Notes: generated from the letters alone by a model not told the origin. Shown: positions 1 through 11,545, counted from the stretch's first letter. The stretch is DNA of 64,000 bases from Kofleriaceae bacterium (GCA_048500355.1 JASNYD010000004.1:128001-192000), one strand, 5' to 3'. Numbers and translations: made by a program.

Positions 1-204
1 CGGGCTCTCGCCCGCACGGCGCCCGCGCGCACGGTGCCTGTGCCGGGCGCTGGCGCCGACGCGCGCGTCACCTGGAGGTCTGCTGCGGCGGCGCTCGCGC
101 GCGAGCACCGCCCCGCGGGCGCCCGGCGGGCCGGTGCGCGCACGGCCGCGCTGGCGAGCCTGACCCCACCTGCGACGCGCGAGCAGCGTCGCCTGCGCCG
201 GCTG

Positions 205-1170
205 CGTACTGCTTCGGGCTGGCCTGCCCTTCGACACGTTTCTCGCCAGCTCGGGCCGCTAGGCCGACCGGAGAGATCACTCGCGCGACGGTGCCGCGGC
301 TCGTCGCTCGACACGCTCCTCGCTGGCGCTCGGGCGGCCTAGGCCGACCGGAGAGACATCACTCGCGCTGACGGTTGCGTGGCTCGTCGCTCCTGACACG
401 CCCTCGCTGGCGCTCGGGCGGCTCAGGCCGACCGGAGAGACATCACTCGCGCCACGAAAGTCGCGGCTCGTCGCCCTTCGACGCCCTCGCCGGCGCTCGG
501 GCCGCCCAGGCCGACCGGAGAAATCACTGCGCGATTTTGTCATGGCCTGTCGCTCCTGACACGCCCTCGCTGGCGCTCGGGCGGCCTAGGCCGACCGGAG
601 AGACACCACCGCGCATTGCGCTCGTCGGCTCTTTCGACACGCCTCGCTGGCGCTCTCGGGCCGCTCAGGCCGACCGGAGAGACATCACTGCGCGACGGCG
701 CCCCTCGCTGGCGCTCGGGCCGCTCAGGCCGACCGGAGAGACATCACCGCGCGGATTTGCCGTGTGGCTCTTCCGCGTTCTTTCGACACGCCCTCGCTGG
801 CGCTCTGGGCGGCCCCAGCCGACTGAGAGACACCACCGCGCGACGGCTGGCTCGTCGGCTTCTCGACACGCTCCTCGCTGGCGCTCGGGGCTGCCCAGGC
901 CGACCGGAGACATCACTCGCGCGATTTGGCTGCGGCTCGTCGCTCCTGACACGCCTCGCTGGCGCTCGCTTCGCCCAGCCGACCGGAGAGACATCACTCG
1001 CGCGACGGTTACTCGTCGCTCCTTCGACACGCTCCCTTCGCTGGTTTCGGACGGCCCAGGCCGACCGGAGAGACATCACTCGCGCGACGGCCGCGGCCTG
1101 TCGCCCTCTCGACACGCCCTGGCGCTCGGGCCGCTCAGCCGACCGGAGAGATTGCTCGCCGTTCGTTTCT
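205..1170. repeat. Degenerate tandem-repeat array, ~12 copies of an ~80-85 bp unit (conserved core ...CGCTGGCGCTCGGGCGGCCTAGGCCGACCGGAGAGACATCACTCGCGCGACGG..., short variable segment of 6-25 bp)
   Basis: Read directly: the motif AGGCCGACCGGAGAGA recurs at ~262, 345, 426, 509, 588, 668, 727, 817, 898, 977, 1058 and 1137. Unit length varies (59-90 bp) so no reading frame is conserved. Some units contain the palindrome GGCCTAGGCC. Confidence 0.8.
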
Positions 1171-1264
1171 GCGCGGCAATCTCTTAACGGCGGTCGGTGA
1201 AGAGCTCAGGGCGAGTGTGGAGAGGGCCGCGGTTGCGATCGGGGCGCACTCAGCCTCGCTCGCG

Positions 1265-1635
1265 CCTGCCCGATCTGACTCGGACTGGGTTCGATTCGAC
1301 TCGACTCGGACTCGTTCGGACTCGGACTCGACTCGGACTCCGACTCTGGTCTCGATTCCGGACTCGGACTCGGGTTCGGATTCGGACTCGGACTCGGACT
1401 CGGACTCGGACTCGGACTCGGACTCGGATTCGGGCTCGGACTCGGGCTCGGACTCGGGCTCGGGCTCGGGCTCGGACTCGGACTCGGACTCGGACTCGGA
1501 CTCGGACTCGGACTCGGGCTCGGATTCGGGCTCGGGCTCGGACTCGGGCTCGGGCTCGGACTCGGACTCGGGCTCGGACTCGGGCTCGGACTCGGACTCG
1601 GACTCGGACTCGGACTCGGATTCGGGCTCGGGCCA
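1265..1635. repeat. Hexanucleotide microsatellite (GACTCG/GGCTCG/GATTCG)n, ~60 units
   Basis: Visible run gactcggactcgggctcggactcg... It translates to (SD/SG)n on the plus strand and (ES/EP)n on the minus strand. It abuts the stop of the DUF4349 gene at 1638 but is not in frame with it. Confidence 0.85.
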
Positions 1636-1637
1636 GA

Positions 1638-2744
1638 TCAGAACGCGACCACGACGCCGGCGCCGGCGACCGCGGCGGCGTCGGACTCCTTGCCGACGAG
1701 GCCGGTGGCGCGCACGCTGGCGTCGACCACGACGTGGCGGTGCTTGACCAGCTCGACGCCGGCCTCGCCCTGGACCACGAAGCGCGAGCGATCGAGGTAG
1801 CCGTAGCCCAGGCGCAGGCCGAGGTACGGGTTGAGGAAGCGGCGGCGGCCGCCGCCCAGGAAGTCGGAGTAGGCCGCGCCGCCGAAGGTGGCCAGCATCG
1901 CCGCCGAGGCCTCGCCGCCGCCGGCGCCGGGCTCGGCCCGGTACAGGTCGACCTCGAGGCTGGCGGCGCGCATGACGGTGTGCAGCACCAGGCTGCCGCC
2001 CAGGCGGGTGCGCGGGCGACCGGCGGGATCGAGCAGGATGAGGCTGGTGGCGCGCACGCCGGGGTAGAACTTGGCGCGAGCGATCGTCACCGCGCCGTCG
2101 CGGCGGCGGAGCGCGATGTCGAGCGTGGCGAGGGCCACCCGGTCGCGCAGGAAGCGCTGCGCACCCTTGATCGCCTCGATCTCGCCGCGGATCCGCGTCA
2201 GCTCCTTCTCGATGGCGAGGACGTCGGCCATGACCAGGCCGGGCCCGGCCAGGATCGCCTGCAGGCGATCGCTGGTGGCCTGCAGGTTGGCGAGCGCCAG
2301 CTCCTGATCGAAGAGCGTGCGCGAGACGTCGGTGGCGTTGATGCGCTTGTCGAGGATGTCGCCCTTGCCGGCGAGCCAGGCCACCACGGCGTCGACCTGG
2401 TCCGGCGGCAGGCGCAGCCGGAGATCGGCGCGCCACGAGGTCTCGGCGCCCGAGACCTCCTCGGTGATGACCCGGCCGCCGCCCTGCTCGACCACGGCGC
2501 GCAGGCCGCTGATGAGGTCGGCGACCTCGCCGACCTCGACCGTGAGCGAGCCCTCGATCACGAGCTGCTCGGGGAGCTGGATCGCGGTCGGCTCCGCCGA
2601 GGCCACCAGCGCGGCCGGCGCGGCGGCGCCGGCGTAGGCGGCGGAGCGGTAGGCGGGGCCGGCGGCGCAGGCGACCAGCGGCGCGAGCCCGAGCACGGCG
2701 AGGAGGAGGACGGCGAGGCGGGGACGCGAGGCGGGGAGACGCAC
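1638..2744 (-). CDS. DUF4349-like lipoprotein (signal peptide LAPLVAC, coiled-coil middle)
   Basis: 368-aa ORF with protein-like composition. N-terminus has a lipobox (LGLAPLVAC). Coiled-coil segment [27 protein letters not shown], typical of the DUF4349 family as I recall it. Confidence 0.5.
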   Translation of the reverse strand: MRLPASRPRLAVLLLAVLGLAPLVACAAGPAYRSAAYAGAAAPAALVASAEPTAIQLPEQLVIEGSLTVEVGEVADLISGLRAVVEQGGGRVITEEVSGAETSWRADLRLRLPPDQVDAVVAWLAGKGDILDKRINATDVSRTLFDQELALANLQATSDRLQAILAGPGLVMADVLAIEKELTRIRGEIEAIKGAQRFLRDRVALATLDIALRRRDGAVTIARAKFYPGVRATSLILLDPAGRPRTRLGGSLVLHTVMRAASLEVDLYRAEPGAGGGEASAAMLATFGGAAYSDFLGGGRRRFLNPYLGLRLGYGYLDRSRFVVQGEAGVELVKHRHVVVDASVRATGLVGKESDAAAVAGAGVVVAF

Positions 2745-2774
2745 GCCCCTCCAACGGCGGCGGGGACCGCGGCC

Positions 2775-3362
2775 TTACACCCCGCGGCCCTCGGGATCCA
2801 GCTCGCGGGGGTCGACGAGGGCGGCCAGGAGATGATCGCGCCAGGCGCCGTTGATGAACAGATAGTCACGGGCGTAGCCGTAGACGGAGAACCCGGCCCG
2901 GCGCAGGACCCGCCCCGAGCGCTCGTTGCCCGGCATGTAGCTGGCCGAGATGCGGTGGAGGCGCTGCTCGGTGAACGCCCACGCGCAGGCCGCGCGCACC
3001 GCCTCGGTCATGATGCCCTTGCCCTGCTCGCGCTCGTCGAGGCCGTAGCCGAGGTTGGCCCACTGCTGCGCGCCGCGCGCGACGTCGGTGAGGCTCAGCA
3101 GGCCGAGCACGGGGCCGTGGGGCTCGTCGCGCCAGCGGATCGCGAAGCGAAAGGCGCGGCCGGCCTCGGCGTCGTCGAGGTTCCGCTTGCCCCGCGCCTC
3201 CCAGTAGGCCTCGGTCAGGTAGCCCTCGGGGTGCGGCGGCGACCAGCGCGCCAGGTGGACATCGTTGCGGACCACATGATCGCACAGCGACCAGGCCTGC
3301 TCGGGCCCGTACAGCACCATCCGGAGGCGCGCGCTCGTGATCTCGAGGCGTTGCGCGATCAC
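2775..3362 (-). CDS. GNAT family N-acetyltransferase (RimJ/RimL-like)
   Basis: C-terminal 180-195 aa of ORF 2775..4811: motifs LGYGLDEREQGKGIMTEAVRAACAWAF, RISASYMPGNERSGRVLRRAGF. Start is either GTG at 3362 (VIAQRLEITSARLRM...) or ATG at 3320. The upstream part of the long ORF is GC artefact. Confidence 0.7.
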   Translation of the reverse strand: MIAQRLEITSARLRMVLYGPEQAWSLCDHVVRNDVHLARWSPPHPEGYLTEAYWEARGKRNLDDAEAGRAFRFAIRWRDEPHGPVLGLLSLTDVARGAQQWANLGYGLDEREQGKGIMTEAVRAACAWAFTEQRLHRISASYMPGNERSGRVLRRAGFSVYGYARDYLFINGAWRDHLLAALVDPRELDPEGRGV

Positions 3363-3455
3363 CCCCGGACTATACGCAGCCCGCGCCGCGGTCCCCCCGG
3401 GACCGCACGACAAAAGGTCCAGACCGCGCGCCGCGCTCGTGCGTTGGCCGTCCTG

Positions 3456-5354
3456 ATGCGCGCGCTCTCCCTCGGCTCGGTGCTCGCCCTGACCTCGGCC
3501 GCGGTCCTCCTGGCGCCCGGCCCGTCCCACGCCCGCAAGTTCATCTTCCACGAGGACGAGGTCGCCCCGCCCAGCTTCGCCCTCGACGGCCCCGCCCTCG
3601 GCGCGCCGCGGCCACCGGCGGGCGCCGACGTCCGCGCGCCGGCCCACCTCGCCGGCGGCAGCCTGGCCGCGCTCGCCGACGGCGCGCTGGTGCTCGACGC
3701 CGACAGCGGCGAGCTGGTCCGGATCGACGCCCGCGGCGAGCCGGCGGCGCGGCTGGCGATCGCCCCCGACGCCGCGCAGCTCGTCGTCGACCGGCGCGCC
3801 GCCATCGCCTACGTCAGCGACCGCCGCGGCGACGGCGTGGTCGTGGTCGACGTCAGCGCGCCCGCGCCGCGGGTCCGCGCCCGCTGGCGGACGCCGGCCG
3901 AGCCCTTCGGCCTGGCCCTGTCCCCCGACGGCGCGACCCTCCTGGTCACCACCGTCGCCGACCGCACCCTGATCGCGTTCGACACCCGGGCCGGCGCCGA
4001 GCGCTGGCGGCGGCCGCTCGGGGCCGAGCCGCGCGGGGTCGCGATCTCGCCCGACGGCGCGCTCGCGCTCGTCACCTACCTGACCAGCGCCCACGTCGAC
4101 CGCATCGCCCTCGACCGCCCCGCCGACGCGCCCCGCCACGCCGTCGCGCTCGGCACCGGCCGCGTCACCACCGTCGCCGCCCGCCCCGACGCCATCGACG
4201 CCGCCACCGGCGGCCACCGTCACCCGCGCGCCGCCTTCGCCGCCCGCTTCGTCGGCAACCGGGTCGCGATCGTGCCCCACCAGGTGTCGACGCCGCTGCA
4301 GGAGACCGGCGGGCGCGAGAACGTCGGCTCGTACGGCGGCGGCTTCGAGCCGCCGATCCACCACGCCCTGACCTTCCTCGCCGCCGGCGACGCCGAGGTG
4401 CCGCGGACGGTGGCCGCCCAGATCGCGATCCACCAGCCGCGGGCGCTGGCCTGGGACCCGGCGCGCGATCGGCTGGCGGTCGCCGGCTTCGGCTCCGACT
4501 CGCTCCTGGTCCTCGACGCCGCGTCGCAGGCCGGCGTCCACCACGTCGCCGACGCCGCCCTCGCCGACCGCACCTGCGGCCCGGCCGGCCTCGCCTTCGC
4601 CGACGACGGCGCGCTGCTGGTGTGGTGCGCGGTGTCGCGCCGGACCGCGCGGGTGACGGTGGCGGCGCGGACCGCGGCGCAGGTGAGCTGGGGGCCGGTG
4701 CTCACGGCGACGCGGCTGTCGCCGCTCGAGCACGCCGGCGCCGACCTGTTCCGCCGGGGCAACGACTTCCGGATGTCGTCGCGGGGCGCGATGGCCTGCT
4801 CGAGCTGTCATCCCGAGGGCCGCACCGACGGCCTGTCATGGCGCATCGAGGGCCACACCCTGCAGACGCCGATCCTGGCCGGCCGCATCGCCGACACCCA
4901 CCCCTACAAGTGGGACGGCGGCGACGCCGACCTCACGATCAGCCTGACCTCGACCATGCGCCGCCTCGGCGGCGGCGGCCTGCGCAAGGACGAGGTCAAG
5001 GCCCTGGCCGCCTTCGTCGAGCGCGCGCCACCGCCGCGGGCCCCCACCCGCGACCCGGCCCGGGTCGCGCGCGGCCGGACGCTGTACGACTCGCCCGAGC
5101 TCGGCTGCGCCACCTGCCACGGCGGCGCCCGCCTGACCGATCGCCAGCGCCATCCCCTGGCCAGCGACCTCGCCGCCGTCGACACGCCGTCGCTGATCGG
5201 CCTGGCCGCCAGCGCGCCCTACTACCACGACGGCAGCGCCGCCACCCTCGAGGCCCTGCTCGCCGACCGCGGTCTGGTCCACGGCATGGCCGACCTCGGC
5301 GACCTCACCGCCACCCAGCTCGCCGACCTCGTCGCCTACCTCGAGACGCTGTAG
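3456..5354 (+). CDS. Secreted beta-propeller (YVTN-type repeats) fused to a di-haem c-type cytochrome domain (cytochrome c peroxidase/MauG-like)
   Basis: In frame with the giant ORF 1197..5354, but a real start is at 3456 (MRALSLGSVLALTSAAVLLAPGPSHA signal peptide). Repeated xSPDGxxLxVT propeller blades. Two CXXCH haem motifs (CSSCHPEGRTDG and CATCHGGARLTD). Confidence 0.7.
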   Translation: MRALSLGSVLALTSAAVLLAPGPSHARKFIFHEDEVAPPSFALDGPALGAPRPPAGADVRAPAHLAGGSLAALADGALVLDADSGELVRIDARGEPAARLAIAPDAAQLVVDRRAAIAYVSDRRGDGVVVVDVSAPAPRVRARWRTPAEPFGLALSPDGATLLVTTVADRTLIAFDTRAGAERWRRPLGAEPRGVAISPDGALALVTYLTSAHVDRIALDRPADAPRHAVALGTGRVTTVAARPDAIDAATGGHRHPRAAFAARFVGNRVAIVPHQVSTPLQETGGRENVGSYGGGFEPPIHHALTFLAAGDAEVPRTVAAQIAIHQPRALAWDPARDRLAVAGFGSDSLLVLDAASQAGVHHVADAALADRTCGPAGLAFADDGALLVWCAVSRRTARVTVAARTAAQVSWGPVLTATRLSPLEHAGADLFRRGNDFRMSSRGAMACSSCHPEGRTDGLSWRIEGHTLQTPILAGRIADTHPYKWDGGDADLTISLTSTMRRLGGGGLRKDEVKALAAFVERAPPPRAPTRDPARVARGRTLYDSPELGCATCHGGARLTDRQRHPLASDLAAVDTPSLIGLAASAPYYHDGSAATLEALLADRGLVHGMADLGDLTATQLADLVAYLETL

Positions 5355-5412
5355 CGAGACGCCATCGCCCGCGGGAGGCCCCGCCCGCGCGGCGCGACGC
5401 CGCCAGCCCACG

Positions 5413-6231
5413 TCAGACGAAGAAGTCCGGGACCAGGGTCGCGCTGGGGTCGACCGCGTACTCCGACAGGTCGGTCTTGCCGACCGAGGCCAGGACCTCG
5501 TCGTCGACGAAGAAGTTGCCGGTGCACTCGCGCGACGGCCTCGTCAGGATCACGTGCGCGGCGTCGCCCATGATCTCGGGCTTGCGCGAGCCACGGACGA
5601 TCTGGTCGCCGCCGAGCAGGTTCTTGACCGCGGCGGTGGCGATCGTCGAGCGCGGCCACAGCGCGTTGAACGCGATGCCGTCCTTGCGGAACTCCTCGGC
5701 CATGCCGAGGACGCACATGCTCATGCCGAACTTGGCCATGGTGTAGGCGACGTGGGGTGCGAACCAGCGCGCCTCCATGTTGAGCGGCGGCGACAGGTTG
5801 AGGACGTGGGGGTTGGCGGCCTGCTTGAGGTGGGGCACGCACAGCGCCGAGCACACGAACGTGCCGCGGGTGTTGATGCCGTGCATGAGGTCGTAGCGCT
5901 TCATCGGCGTCGCCGTGGTGCCGGTGAGGTGGATCGCGCTGGCGTTGTTGACCAGGACGTCGATGCCGCCGAAGGTCTCGACCGTCTTCGCCACCGCCGC
6001 CGCGACCTGGTCCTCGAAGCGGATGTCGGTGATGAGCGGCAGAGCCTTGCCGCCGGCGGCCTCGATCTCCTTGGCCGCGGTGTAGACCGTGCCCGGCAGC
6101 CGCGGGTCGGGCTCGGCGGTCTTGGCCACGATCGCGACGTTGGCGCCGTCGCGGGCGGCGCGCAGGGCGATGGCCAGGCCGATGCCCCGGCTGGCGCCGG
6201 TGATGAACAGGGTCTTTCCTTGCAGCGACAT
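5413..6231 (-). CDS. SDR family NAD(P)-dependent oxidoreductase (HSDL2-like)
   Basis: TGASRGIGLAIA Rossmann motif, NNAS, catalytic YTMAK. 272 aa. Confidence 0.85.
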   Translation of the reverse strand: MSLQGKTLFITGASRGIGLAIALRAARDGANVAIVAKTAEPDPRLPGTVYTAAKEIEAAGGKALPLITDIRFEDQVAAAVAKTVETFGGIDVLVNNASAIHLTGTTATPMKRYDLMHGINTRGTFVCSALCVPHLKQAANPHVLNLSPPLNMEARWFAPHVAYTMAKFGMSMCVLGMAEEFRKDGIAFNALWPRSTIATAAVKNLLGGDQIVRGSRKPEIMGDAAHVILTRPSRECTGNFFVDDEVLASVGKTDLSEYAVDPSATLVPDFFV

Positions 6232-6307
6232 CTCGGTTCCTTTGTGCCGTGGTCGTGGCGATGCGGGCGGAGGGGACGGACGGGACGGACGGACGGACGA
6301 CGGACGA

Positions 6308-6946
6308 TCAGGCGCCCGGCGGGACGTCGGACAGCCCGTCCCAGTACGGATCGCGGACCTCGGCGTAGGCCTTGGCCAGCATCTGCGAGCCGGCGAGGCC
6401 GGCGATCACGCCCACCCCGTAGAGGAAGAACGGCCAGCCCACGCCGCCGCCCACGATCCCGTTGGGGATCGAGCCCAGGAAGACGCAGCCGCACACCAGC
6501 GACAGCGTCAGCGCCAGGAGCGCCACCGTGGTCAGCGGGATGGGCGTACGGATGAAGCGGTCCTTGAAGGCGAGGACGCCGGCTCCGATCAGCGCGCCGG
6601 CGGCGATCACCGCGAAGAAGATCGTGGCGATGCCGGCGTAGGCGAAGGTGCCGAGGATCTTGTCGGGGATCTTGCGCGCCATCCGCCGGTCGTCGGGATC
6701 GGACATGTCGACCCAGAGGCGAGCGCGCTCGACCTGGGCGTTGTAGTCGTCGATGATGTCGAGGTTGGCCTTGCGCTCGCCGCCGCCCTCGACGAAGAGC
6801 AGGCTGATGCCGGCGTCGGCGCCCCGCGGCGCCCGCACCCAGCGCATGCCGAGGCAGGGCAGGAGCACGATCACGGCCGCGACCAGGCACACGACGCGGG
6901 CCGTCTTCTTGCGCTGGGCGGTGAGCGCGTCGGGATCGGTGTTCAT
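6308..6946 (-). CDS. Hypothetical membrane protein (1 N-terminal TM + soluble domain + 3 C-terminal TMs)
   Basis: C-terminal 213 aa of ORF 6308..9169, starting at MNTDPDALTAQRKKTARVVCLVAAVIVLL. Hydrophobic segments, real-looking composition. The rest of the 953-aa ORF is artefact overlapping the AAA gene in another frame. Confidence 0.55.
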   Translation of the reverse strand: MNTDPDALTAQRKKTARVVCLVAAVIVLLPCLGMRWVRAPRGADAGISLLFVEGGGERKANLDIIDDYNAQVERARLWVDMSDPDDRRMARKIPDKILGTFAYAGIATIFFAVIAAGALIGAGVLAFKDRFIRTPIPLTTVALLALTLSLVCGCVFLGSIPNGIVGGGVGWPFFLYGVGVIAGLAGSQMLAKAYAEVRDPYWDGLSDVPPGA

Positions 6947-6969
6947 GGCCGGCGACTCTGACCCGGGGT

Positions 6970-9083
<2,114 letters not shown>

Positions 9084-9087
<4 letters not shown>

Positions 9088-9923
9088 CCGCCGCCCTTGT
9101 CGTCGGGATCCCAGACCGTCGAACGGCGCGGACGCGCGTCGCCGGGGTCGCCGGCGTCGCCCGCGTCACCGCCGGTGCCGCCGCCGCCCGCCGCCGCCTT
9201 GCCCCCCGCGGTCGCGCCCGCGCCGCTCGCCGGCGCGCCGGCGTCGGCGGCCGGCGCCTTGCGCTTGAAGACCCGCCGCCACAGCTTCTCCTGCTTGATG
9301 CTGGGCTGGTCCTTCGGCTCCGTCGGCTCCGTCGCCTCCGTCGCCTCGCCGGCGCCCGGCTCGCCCGCGCCGGCCTCGTCGCCCTGATCGTCGTCGTCCT
9401 GGTCGCCCTCGGCCGCCTGCTCCTCGGACTCCAGGAACAGCTCCTCCTCGGCCTCCTCCAGGCTCACCAGCTCGCGGCGCAGCCGCTCGACGCCGTCGAC
9501 GACCTGGGCCAGGCTCTCCGCCACCCCCGCGATGCCGCCGACCTGGAGCAGCGGCTGCAGGTCGGCCAGCACCAGGTTGAGGTGGTGCAGGCGCTGCTCG
9601 GCGTAGATGAACTGGCCCTCGGGGGTCCGACCCTCGATCGCCGCCTCGAGGAACGCCAGCGCCTCGCGCTCGTGATCGGTGAGGACGTCGAGCCGCGCGT
9701 CGTCGACCACGGTCTGGGCCAGGAGGTCGCGCACGACCTCGACCACCGCCACCCGGCGCACCAGCTCGAGCTCGGCGAGCACCGACACCGCGACCTCCTC
9801 CTCGACCTCCTCCTCGACCTCCTCCTCCTCGGTCTGGTCCTGGGCGAGCTGGCCGACGACGTGCTCGGCGTCCTGGGCCTCGTCCTCGTCGCGCTCGGGG
9901 ACGAACTCCTCGTCGGCCCGCAT
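9084..9923 (-). CDS. Highly acidic coiled-coil hypothetical protein (E/D-rich, Gly/Ala-rich basic tail)
   Basis: 279-aa ORF. Runs EEEEVEEEVEEEV and DQDDDDQGDE. Tightly coupled to the AAA ATPase downstream and the small Cys-rich gene upstream (4-bp gap). Confidence 0.5.
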
Positions 9924-9927
9924 CGCG

Positions 9928-10164
9928 CTACTCGATCTTCTCCCACCACTGGCACCACCACTGGGCTCCGACCAGGATGCGCAGCTTGGGGTGCCAGCAG
10001 TAGGCGAGCTTGGCCTCGGGCTCGAGGTAGTACAGGCAGTTGTCGCACCGCTCCTCGCCGTAGGGCACGCCCTTGAGGACGTTGTCCTCGATCATGTGGC
10101 GCAGCTCCAGCGCCTTCTTCTCGTCGATCTCCTTGGGCTCGGGCTTGGGCAGGTCGTCGGCCAT
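9928..10164 (-). CDS. Small Trp/Cys-rich protein (78 aa; CDNC...YCWH...WWCQWW), possible zinc-ribbon-like
   Basis: Composition (K, E, I, N, W, Y) is clearly unlike the GC-artefact ORFs. Four Cys arranged as CxxC-(18)-C-(14)-C. GGTGGAG Shine-Dalgarno-like sequence upstream. Confidence 0.6.
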   Translation of the reverse strand: MADDLPKPEPKEIDEKKALELRHMIEDNVLKGVPYGEERCDNCLYYLEPEAKLAYCWHPKLRILVGAQWWCQWWEKIE

Positions 10165-10176
10165 GGCCGGTCGAGT

Positions 10177-11448
10177 CTACTCCACCTCGATGCGGTAGAC
10201 GCGGCCGCTGGCCACCGACGTCACGTACAGCTCGCCGAAGCCATCGAGGCCGAAGCTCGACAGGCCCTGGTAGAGCAGGTCGTCGGGATCGAGGTCGCTG
10301 GTGCGATCGACCCGGTCGACCGCCTGGCCGCCGACCACGCGCAGGGTGTGGACCCGGCCCGAGCAGTAGTCGCCGTAGAAGTAGTGCCCGGCCAGATCCG
10401 GCATGCAGGTGCCGTGATAGACGTGGCCGCCGATCACCGAGCAGTCGCCGTTGGTGCGCCGATCGATCGCCACCAGGGGCGCCACGTAGTCGCCGGGCCG
10501 GTCGCAGTTGAGGTTGCCGTCGGGGTCGGCGGTGAAGCAGTCGGGGCCCTCGAACACGCTCCAGCCGAAGTTGCGGGCGGCGGCGGCGGCGCCCGCCGGC
10601 AGGTAGTCGACCTCCTCGTACGCGCCCTGGCCGACGTCGCCCATGTAGAGGTCGCCGGTGGCGGGGTCGATCGAGATCCGCCACGGGTTGCGCAGGCCCC
10701 AGGCGTACATCTCGGGGACGCCGCCGCCGCTCGCCCACGGGTTGGAGGGCGGCACCGCGTACGGCGGCGCGCCGTCGACGTCGATGCGCAGCACCTTGGC
10801 CATCAGGCTCTGCGGGTTCTGGCCGTGCTCGAAGAAGTCGTTGGCCGAGCCGCCGTCGCCGACCGAGATGTAGAGCAGGCCGTCGGCGCCGAAGGTCACG
10901 GTGCCGCCGTTGTGGTTGTCCTGGTTCTGGCGGCGGGGGATGGTCAAGACCACCCGCTCGGTCGGGCTGGCGGTGTCGGCGGTCGGGGTGGCGGTGAACT
11001 CGGAGACCACGACGTCGCCGTGCGGATCCGAGGTGTAGAAGACGAAGAAGCGCCCGTTCTGGGCGAAGCCGGGGTGGAAGGCCAGGCCCAGCAGGCCCTG
11101 CTCGCTGCCGACGGCGTTGACCTTGCTCGTGAGGTCGAGGTAGGGCGTGGGCAGCAGGTTGCCCTCGCGGACCACGCGCACGCGCCCGATCTGCTCGAGG
11201 ACGAACAGGCGGGCGTCGCCGCCGGGCGCCGCGACCCCGACCGCGCGGTTGAGCCCGCTGGCGATGAGCGTCAGCTTCAGGTTGGTGCCGCTGGTCGGCG
11301 TGCAGTAGGGCGCCGGCGCGGCGTCGATCCCACCGCCCCCGTCGCCGCTCCCCCCGCCGTCGCCGTTGCCGTTGCCGTTGCCGCCGCAGGCCGCGGCCAG
11401 CGCCGCCACCACCGCGAGGGAGCCACCGGGGAGCCCGATCCTGGTCAT
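10177..11448 (-). CDS. PQQ-dependent sugar dehydrogenase (soluble glucose/sorbosone dehydrogenase family) lipoprotein, copy 1
   Basis: Lipobox AALAAACGG. Six-bladed-propeller family motifs GLLGLAFHP, HNGGTVTFGADGLLYISVGDGG, WAWGLRNPWRISIDPATGDLYMGDVGQ. Confidence 0.85.
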   Translation of the reverse strand: MTRIGLPGGSLAVVAALAAACGGNGNGNGDGGGSGDGGGGIDAAPAPYCTPTSGTNLKLTLIASGLNRAVGVAAPGGDARLFVLEQIGRVRVVREGNLLPTPYLDLTSKVNAVGSEQGLLGLAFHPGFAQNGRFFVFYTSDPHGDVVVSEFTATPTADTASPTERVVLTIPRRQNQDNHNGGTVTFGADGLLYISVGDGGSANDFFEHGQNPQSLMAKVLRIDVDGAPPYAVPPSNPWASGGGVPEMYAWGLRNPWRISIDPATGDLYMGDVGQGAYEEVDYLPAGAAAAARNFGWSVFEGPDCFTADPDGNLNCDRPGDYVAPLVAIDRRTNGDCSVIGGHVYHGTCMPDLAGHYFYGDYCSGRVHTLRVVGGQAVDRVDRTSDLDPDDLLYQGLSSFGLDGFGELYVTSVASGRVYRIEVE

Positions 11449-11545
11449 GATCGGCGGACTCTACCACCGGCGCGGGGCGCGGACCGCGACCGCGCTCACG
11501 CGGCGCCGCGGCTCGGCGGCCGGCGGCGAGGGGCTCGGCCGCCGA

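Noticed and set aside
205-1170. CRISPR array interpretation of the 5' tandem repeats
   Set aside because: The inter-core segments are short (6-25 nt) and share sequence with each other, and the core copies are only ~80% identical. Unit length is irregular and no cas genes or leader are nearby. A degenerate minisatellite is more consistent.
1217-1747. Plus-strand (SD)n-repeat ORF as a confident SD-repeat protein gene
   Set aside because: It has no signal peptide or recognisable domain, and its tail is antisense junk overlapping the DUF4349 gene. It could equally be a non-coding microsatellite, so it is reported only as a repeat.
1197-5354. 1385-aa plus-strand ORF as a single giant gene
   Set aside because: The N-terminal ~750 aa are Arg/Thr/Ala-rich low-complexity translation running through the hexamer repeat and antisense to the DUF4349 and GNAT genes. 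Only the portion from 3456 has signal peptide, propeller and CXXCH features.
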